Shown here: one piece after another, positions 57,573 to 64,000 of the stretch
Layout: every line of letters starts with the position of its first letter
Position numbering within the stretch: position 1 is the stretch's first letter
DNA from: Octopus sinensis
Taxonomy: Eukaryota
Assembly: GCF_006345805.1 (NCBI RefSeq)
Contig: NC_043009.1
Coordinates: 27,156,001-27,220,000, forward strand
DNA: 64,000 nt
Direction of reading: 5' to 3'
The notes under the pieces: model-generated
Told to the model about the DNA's origin: nothing
The model's database searches: none
Seen by the model: only the letters and a program-made list of their open reading frames with translations
Position numbers and translations under genes: made by a program

Positions 57573-59821
57573 TTTAAAGTAAAGTCTCTGTAGAAATGCC
57601 AATTCTTTTTACCTAGAAAAACCCCCCAGAAAAGCATCAGATAAATCAGAAAAATATATCAAAGTCTACTCACAGTATGCAGTAATAGTTTATACATTAT
57701 GGGGTTATTTATCAAATTAATATTCAATTATTTAAGGGAGGCGGCGAGCTGGCGGATTTTTAGCTCAGCCGGCAAAAATGCTTAGCGCCATTTCGTCCGT
57801 TTTAACGTTGAGTTCAAATACCATCGAGGTTGACTATGACTCACATACTTTCGGGGTCGATTAAATAAGTACCAGTTGAACACTGGGGGTCAATGTAATC
57901 GAGTTATCCCTTCCCCTGGACTTACTGGCCTTGTGCCAAAATTTGAAGTCAATATTTTCCAATATCCGATAAGACGGAGTTAGTTTGATTAATCGACACA
58001 ATCCCAGCACGTTCTGAAAGTAGAACATTAACTATTCAACCATAATAAAATATCGTGATCATTTGTAGTCGAAACACTGAAACACCAATCGCCAGATAAC
58101 GTAATTAAACCATCCCAGTACCTATTATCAGCTGCATCATATAAAATAAATAATTGGATAAAGAGCAAATGTGAAAACAAAATTATAAAACTATGTTGTC
58201 AAAATTTACATTCCTTTGTTGTTAGGACGTTCACCGATTATTGATGCAGACGTGGTGGTGCGGTAAGAAAAAAATCTGCTTCTCAACCACACAGTTCCGG
58301 GTTTAGTCTCATTGCACTGCACCTTGCGCGAGTTTCTTCTAGTATAGCCCTGGTCCTACCAAAGCCTTGTGAATGGATTTAGTAATTTAAGGAAGCCTTT
58401 TGTCTATATATCAGTGTGTATGATTGTGTGTGTTCCTGTGTATGTGTTTCTTCCCACCAACGCTTGACAAAACGGTTCGGCAAAAACACCCGATGAAATA
58501 AGTACCAATTTAAAAAAAATATGTGCTGGTATCGATTTGTTCGACTAAAACCCTTCAAAGCGGTACGTGCCGTAGCACGGGCGCAGTCCAATGATTGAAA
58601 GAAATAAAAAATAACGGAAAGATATTCATTTAAAATGTTAGTTTTAACTGATTATTCTCTGCTGGATGTAATAACGCAAAAGATAAATTTAAAACAAACA
58701 CCGACTCAGCTCTGATACCTGCAACGTTGTGTGTGTGTGTGTGTGTATGTATGTGTACATACAAAGACACACACACACACACACAAAGACAGTTATATTT
58801 CTCTTACCAAGCGTATAGATTGCGTAGAAGTGCTCAAGTCGAACCTGAGGCGTTAGACAGGTATCAAAACTAAAAGGTAAAAATTAAGATTAGTCAAACC
58901 ACTATCAACACACATGTGTGCGGATTTGATCAAGATAAAATTCGTCCGAAATTAAAACATATATTCATATACCAAACATAGAAAAAATATAGGAATATCA
59001 AAAATGCATACAGATATATAAGTATATGAATATGAGTGTAGAAAGACAGTGATAATAGCAAAAGTGGCCCATTTGGCACCGTGCATTCGTTGCGTCGCAA
59101 TGGCTGCGTTATACAGATCGAATACAGATAAGACGGTTTTTTAAAAGATTTGAAAAGATAGGGAAAAGTTAATAACAGATTTCTAATAAGGTTTCGGGTT
59201 ACAATTTTAGATGATATTCCGGCGGCCTTTTCTGGGGTTCATTCTTCCGGGTAATTAATGAATCTTGAAATGCATATTCGGAGAATGTATCCTTCGTCAG
59301 GGTAGAAAAAGTGATATCCACGGAAGATATGCATTCAGAGCATTGCCCAGGTGGGAGGCAATCGCAAAATTATATAGAAGAATAGGTAAATATATATATA
59401 TATGCAAATAATGGAGGTCTTTACGAGGGCGGATGACATAAAAAGCGTTACATACAGAATTTATTGAAATTTATATTCGGCAATATATTGTTATAGGTAA
59501 TAAGATATTAAGATGTGCAACACATTCGGACTCATAGTATCTCACGAAAGTAGAGTAATATCTTTGGTTACACGAGTCAATAGCATCGGAAAACTTATCT
59601 AATATAGAAGAATTGTATGGGCGAAGGATAGTGTAGAATTATTTTGTATACATTCTACATCTACCCTTAATCGTATTGTAACGAGGGACCTCATCTATAA
59701 TAGACCAAGATAGTGTGTAATTAATATTTTGTAATTTTAGATCATATATAGAGACCTAACTAGTGTCGTTGAGTTTATGCATTTTAGCTAACTGAAAGAA
59801 TTTAAATAGGTTGTATACCGT

Positions 59822-59856
<35 letters not shown>

Positions 59857-60090
59857 AAAAAATGAAGTTCGAAAATGCTGCTATATTATACAATTTTTAA
59901 TTTTTATATATACATTATAACATGTTTCAGTTCCTGAAATGAACCTTATCAAAAAAAGTTATATATAAAAAAAGACAGCTCATGCCGTCAAACACAAGAA
60001 ATTCATTTATAATACACAACGGAGTCAGACATCTTAGAGTTCATGTATAGTTGATACATAGTTTGAAGTAAGTTCATTCATGCTATATGT

Positions 60091-60780
60091 TCAAAGTGTT
60101 CGATACGTTTCTCTAATGGTTTGGCTTTTGTGTACCTTAGGGATACCATAGAACAAACTCGATTTGCATTTGAAGTTAGTGATGTATTCATACTCCTTGT
60201 TCGTGAGTCCTTCTTGGTATGTGTTGATTAATGTCCTAAGGTTATGCATTATTTTTTGCTGGTTATACTGTTGGGCCCTTTCATAATACGTTTCATCTCT
60301 TAATAGGGATAGCACTAAATTTTTATAATCGTTTGTATTCATTATTACTATCGTGTTGCCCTTATCTGCCTCCTTAATTGTTATTGTTTTGTCTTCTCTT
60401 AGTTTGATGAGGTCGTTCCATTCTCTTTTGTTGAAGTTAGGGCTGTGTTTTTGTTTCTTGATGAATTGAAACGGGAAATTAGTTATGTAGTCACAATAGC
60501 GGTCTAAGGCTTTATTCTTTCCCTTGGTGGGGGTGTAATTGCTCTTGTTTCTAGCTATTGAGTCCTCCTCTATTTGTTTGTCTTGAAATTCCTCGGTGAG
60601 TCTTAGTTTTCTGCAAAATTCCGAAATATCATCTTTCATTTCATAGTAATTAGAACGTTGTGGGGTGGGTGTAAATTTAAGTCCTTTGGAGAGTATGCTT
60701 ATTTCGTTAGGTGTAAGTTCTTTGTTTGAGAGATTGATTATCTTAATTACCTGATGTTTCTTTTGTTTGTCCTTTGCCAT
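60091..60780 (-). CDS. Penelope-like RT ORF, N-terminal part only (truncated before the RT core)
   Basis: IINLS...LSKGLKFTP, F.RKLRL, KEADKGNTIVIM and FYGIPKVHK are PLE RT N-terminal motifs; the ORF runs into the terminal repeat. Confidence 0.8.
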   Translation of the reverse strand: MAKDKQKKHQVIKIINLSNKELTPNEISILSKGLKFTPTPQRSNYYEMKDDISEFCRKLRLTEEFQDKQIEEDSIARNKSNYTPTKGKNKALDRYCDYITNFPFQFIKKQKHSPNFNKREWNDLIKLREDKTITIKEADKGNTIVIMNTNDYKNLVLSLLRDETYYERAQQYNQQKIMHNLRTLINTYQEGLTNKEYEYITNFKCKSSLFYGIPKVHKSQTIRETYRTL

Positions 60781-62147
60781 CGTGTGTCCCTGTTCCTGTG
60801 TGTAAGGTCTAAAAAATGGTTGGCGTAGTTATGTTCAAAGCTATTATTTATCTGTCTCATGTTGTTATAATTGTCAGAGTGAGTTTGTGGTGCTCTGTTC
60901 TGGAGTCTGTTGTTGAACCTAGTGTTCCGTCTTAGTTCATCAGGTATATTGTGTTGGTAGTTGTTTCCTCCGTAGTGCATTTGTTGTTTGTTATGGTTGT
61001 ATGGTTGGTTCCTGGGGTGGATGTTTGGTAGTAGCGTTTTGGTTTGGTTATGTGGGTTGTATTTTATAGTATTGTATGTTGTGGCTCTTAGGTTCGTGGA
61101 ATGGTGTGGTGGGACCCTATAAGTGTTTTGGGGTTGGTGTAGGTAGTGTGGGGTGCGTTTTAAATGCATTTTTCTGGTGTAGAGTGTGTTTGGATTTCTT
61201 GGTGGTTGTTCTGCTCTGTTGGTATGTCTATTTTCGAACTGGTGTGGTGGGCCTCTGTAGGTGTTTTGGGGTTGGTGTAGGTAGTATGGGGTGTGTTTTA
61301 GGTGTACTTTTCTGGTGTAGAGTGTGGTAGGATTTCTTGGTGGTTGTTCCGTTCTGTTGGTATTTGGTTTTGATTTACTTAATTTTATGAAGGGGTTGTT
61401 GGATATGTGTTCATTTTTGAAGTTGGTTTCATAATCTAGAAACCAGATGGCGCTCTTTTCCCATCGTTGGAGGGACTTAAGTTCCTCTTTTTCACATTCT
61501 TCATTCCATAGTGCTGGTAATGTTTCAGTATTGATGTCGTCTATTAGTTTGATGACTTCTTCGTTGATTTCCTCGTCTATGGTTTTTACTTTTTCTTCAT
61601 TCGTTTTAGCTCTCAGCTTAAGTAGTTCTATTTCCATCTTCATTTTTTCTAATGACATTTTTTCTCTAAGTTTTCTTTGTTCTTCTGGTTCTTCCGAGAT
61701 GGGCTTGATTTGTAATTTACGGGGTATGACTAGGGGTGTTGAGTCTAGCCATTTTTGGTAAATCTCTGCTTTATTCTGATTTTGTATCATTTTCCAAAAA
61801 GCGAATTTTCTGTTTCGCTGTAGTGTTCTCCATTGGGGGAGGACTTGGTTCTTTATTTGTAATGTTGAAGTTGCTCGGTTCTTCTCATGTGTTCCTTCTT
61901 TTTGTTACTCTTGTTTCGTAAAGTTTGTGAAGAATGTCGTCATTGTATCGCATAGATTTTCAACTTTCTCGAATATTTCGGAGGGTGTTTTATTCGATTC
62001 GGTTTCCTCGTTAGTTTGTGTAGAATGTCGAGGTGTTAAGTTGAGTTTGTTTAACACTGCTGTTAGGTTTGAATTTATGCTTTTCAATTCTTTCAGTATC
62101 TCTTCATTTATTGAGGAGATGTCATTGGTGTCTTTTTTAGCAGGCAT
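60747..62147 (-). CDS. PLE ORF1-like coiled-coil protein (61905-62147 and 60747-61790 joined by a 1-nt frame break near 61920)
   Basis: Heptad-like EK-rich segment; internal 46-aa tandem repeat; the frame of the 347-aa ORF stays open up to about 61920. Confidence 0.6.
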
Positions 62148-62647
62148 TTTTGGGAGCTCGTACGTGATATGATATTTATAATAGGATTAGCTCGTATACG
62201 AGTAGGTATATATTTGTAAAAAATGAAGTTCGAAAATGCTGCTATATTATACAATTTTTAATTTTTATATATACATTATAACATGTTTCAGTTCCTGAAA
62301 TGAACCTTATCAAAAAAAGTTATATATAAAAAAAGACAGCTCATGCCGTCAAACACAAGAAATTCATTTATAATACACAACGGAGTCAGACATCTTAGAG
62401 TTCATGTATAGTTGATATATAGTTTGAAGTAAGTTCATTCATGCTATATGTTCAAAGTGTTCGATGCAGTGGCCCACGGTGGCGATACGTATTCAATACA
62501 AAAAACAGATCAAAGTGGTGGAAAGCAGTCAATACAGAAGATTGATGTTTCCGAAAGAGCGAGGAATTCATTTTTACCTTAAACAATTGTGATGACCTAT
62601 GGTGGGTGTTAGCTGGGTGGTTCTAGTGAGTTTTGTGAAGTGCTCGG

Positions 62648-62870
62648 TTTTATAATGCCTGTTAGGTGGTCAATCTAGCGTAGCGTGACGTCATACACGT
62701 TTTGACCAATCGTTTCGTTAGGTGGCTTTAGTCAAGCAGAACGGGACGTCATCATCATTTTGACCAATCGCTGCATTATAACTGCCTCTTGTTTGTTTCC
62801 TGTTTTGACCAGTCGCTTCGTTAGTCAAGCAGAACGGGATGTCATCCAGATTCTGCCCAATCACGACTTA
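62648..62870 (-). promoter_or_regulatory. Putative PLE promoter
   Basis: TATAAAA on - at 62648-62654, CRE TGACGTCA at 62686-62693, repeated CCAAT boxes in tandem subrepeats. Confidence 0.5.
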
Positions 62871-62970
62871 TAGCTACATTAGATCTGCCCCCTGTCTGTA
62901 CTTGTTAGGTGACTAGTCAAGCATACATATATATATATATATATATATAGCCACTACACACATTTATATA

Positions 62971-63014
<44 letters not shown>

Positions 63015-63015
<1 letters not shown>

Positions 63016-63180
63016 CCACTACACACATTTTCTTTTCTCCTTGTTTTTCCTGTGTCCCTTTCTGTAGAAGAGCGTAGGCTCGAAACGTAAAAGACTTTTT
63101 CTATTCTTGAGCGTTATACTAATACATCTGTTTGTTTTGTACACCACCTGTCTTCGTCTTTTGTTTTTTTCGTAAACTCT

Positions 63181-63183
<3 letters not shown>
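63015..63183 (+). mobile_element. Short PLE-terminal-like repeat with hammerhead-like variant, between (TA)n tracts
   Basis: CUUU-CUGUAGAA-GAGC guag GCUC-GAAAC GUA-AAAG at 63058-63093. Confidence 0.45.
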
Positions 63184-63226
<43 letters not shown>

Positions 63227-64000
63227 TAGTTCACATTTTTCTCTTCAGGGAACTAAGCATTTCATATTTTGCAGGTGATGCAGCTGAAATTGACGTCGAT
63301 GGAGCCTATCAGTTGCGTGAGATAAACATGCAGCTTCTCAGCAAAGCAAAACGACACTCGACAATTTTTTTTATTCAATGACATTGTATATAATGTTTTT
63401 ATTCGTGTATTCGCATATTTATGTGTCTTAATAAATACACATGTTTAATCAATCGGCGAATTAGTCCCCTCGGTTAATAAATCCCTCGTTTAATAAATCC
63501 AAAATAGGCGGCCTCAAGATTCTTTTGTTGTCTTATCATTTCTATCAATATACATACATACATACACACACAAACACACACACATATATATATAGGGGGA
63601 GAGTTTTATATATATGCATATATACAAACATACACACTCATATTTGTATATATTCGAGTGTATGAATTTGTGTTTGCCCTCTCAAATACTGGTATTGGTC
63701 TGTTTACTTCTTCGTAACTGAAGGGGTTGTCAAAATACCTGATTAAATATAAACCAGATATAAAAATAAGTACTGGGGTCCATTTGTTCGACTAACCCTT
63801 TTAAAACAGTGCCCCAACAAAATAAAATGATAAAGAACAAAAAATAATAAAAGAGAGATATTTGGAAAGAGGCGGGAAAAAAGGAAGAGATAAATTCACC
63901 AGTAGCCGGAGGTGCTGAGCTGTAAAGTAGAAATAGATTTGACTTGCGATGCAAAAGGACAATGTGTAGCGACCAATAATATTAAGAATGGAATACTGGG

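Larger units (their letters stand above)
59851..62900 (-). mobile_element. Penelope-like retroelement, internally deleted, with 254-bp direct repeats (arm B only, in (TA)n)
   Basis: Direct repeats 59851-60104 / 62212-62465 with one mismatch seen; PLE RT N-terminal motifs; upstream coiled-coil ORF. Confidence 0.85.
41000..64000 (-). repeat. Arm B of inverted segmental duplication (runs off the window end)
   Basis: Reverse-complement match to arm A across exons, introns and shared TE remnants. Confidence 0.93.

Noticed and set aside
61076-62172. Plus-strand ORFs opposite PLE ORF1
   Set aside because: Antisense shadows of a compositionally biased ORF.

Overview
Eukaryotic, AT-rich DNA dense in microsatellites and SINEs; the SINE families and simple-repeat load look like an octopus/coleoid genome, which is an inference from repeat style. 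The window is dominated by a large inverted segmental duplication: arm A (at least 3059-27087) mirrors arm B (about 41000 to beyond 64000), around a spacer of about 13.9 kb. Each arm carries an intact 9-coding-exon SLC22 (organic cation/carnitine/anion transporter, MFS) gene: copy A on + (553 aa) and copy B on - (552 aa), facing tail to tail. The paralogues are near-identical in patches but have a sharp island of divergence over the predicted substrate-pocket helices TM7-TM8. The rest is transposon material: tRNA-type SINEs, Tc1/mariner and pogo/Tigger remnants, Helitron-like elements, a decayed RTE LINE, an R4/Dong 3' end and several Penelope-like element (PLE) pieces. The most unusual layer is RNA structure. 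There are about ten hammerhead-ribozyme-like motifs from several unrelated repeats, including U3-A8 core variants and opposed pairs inside inverted repeats. There are also long foldbacks and a PLE whose coiled-coil ORF1 is joined to the RT ORF by a U-UUU-UUA -1 frameshift site. All alignments and mismatch counts were made by eye.
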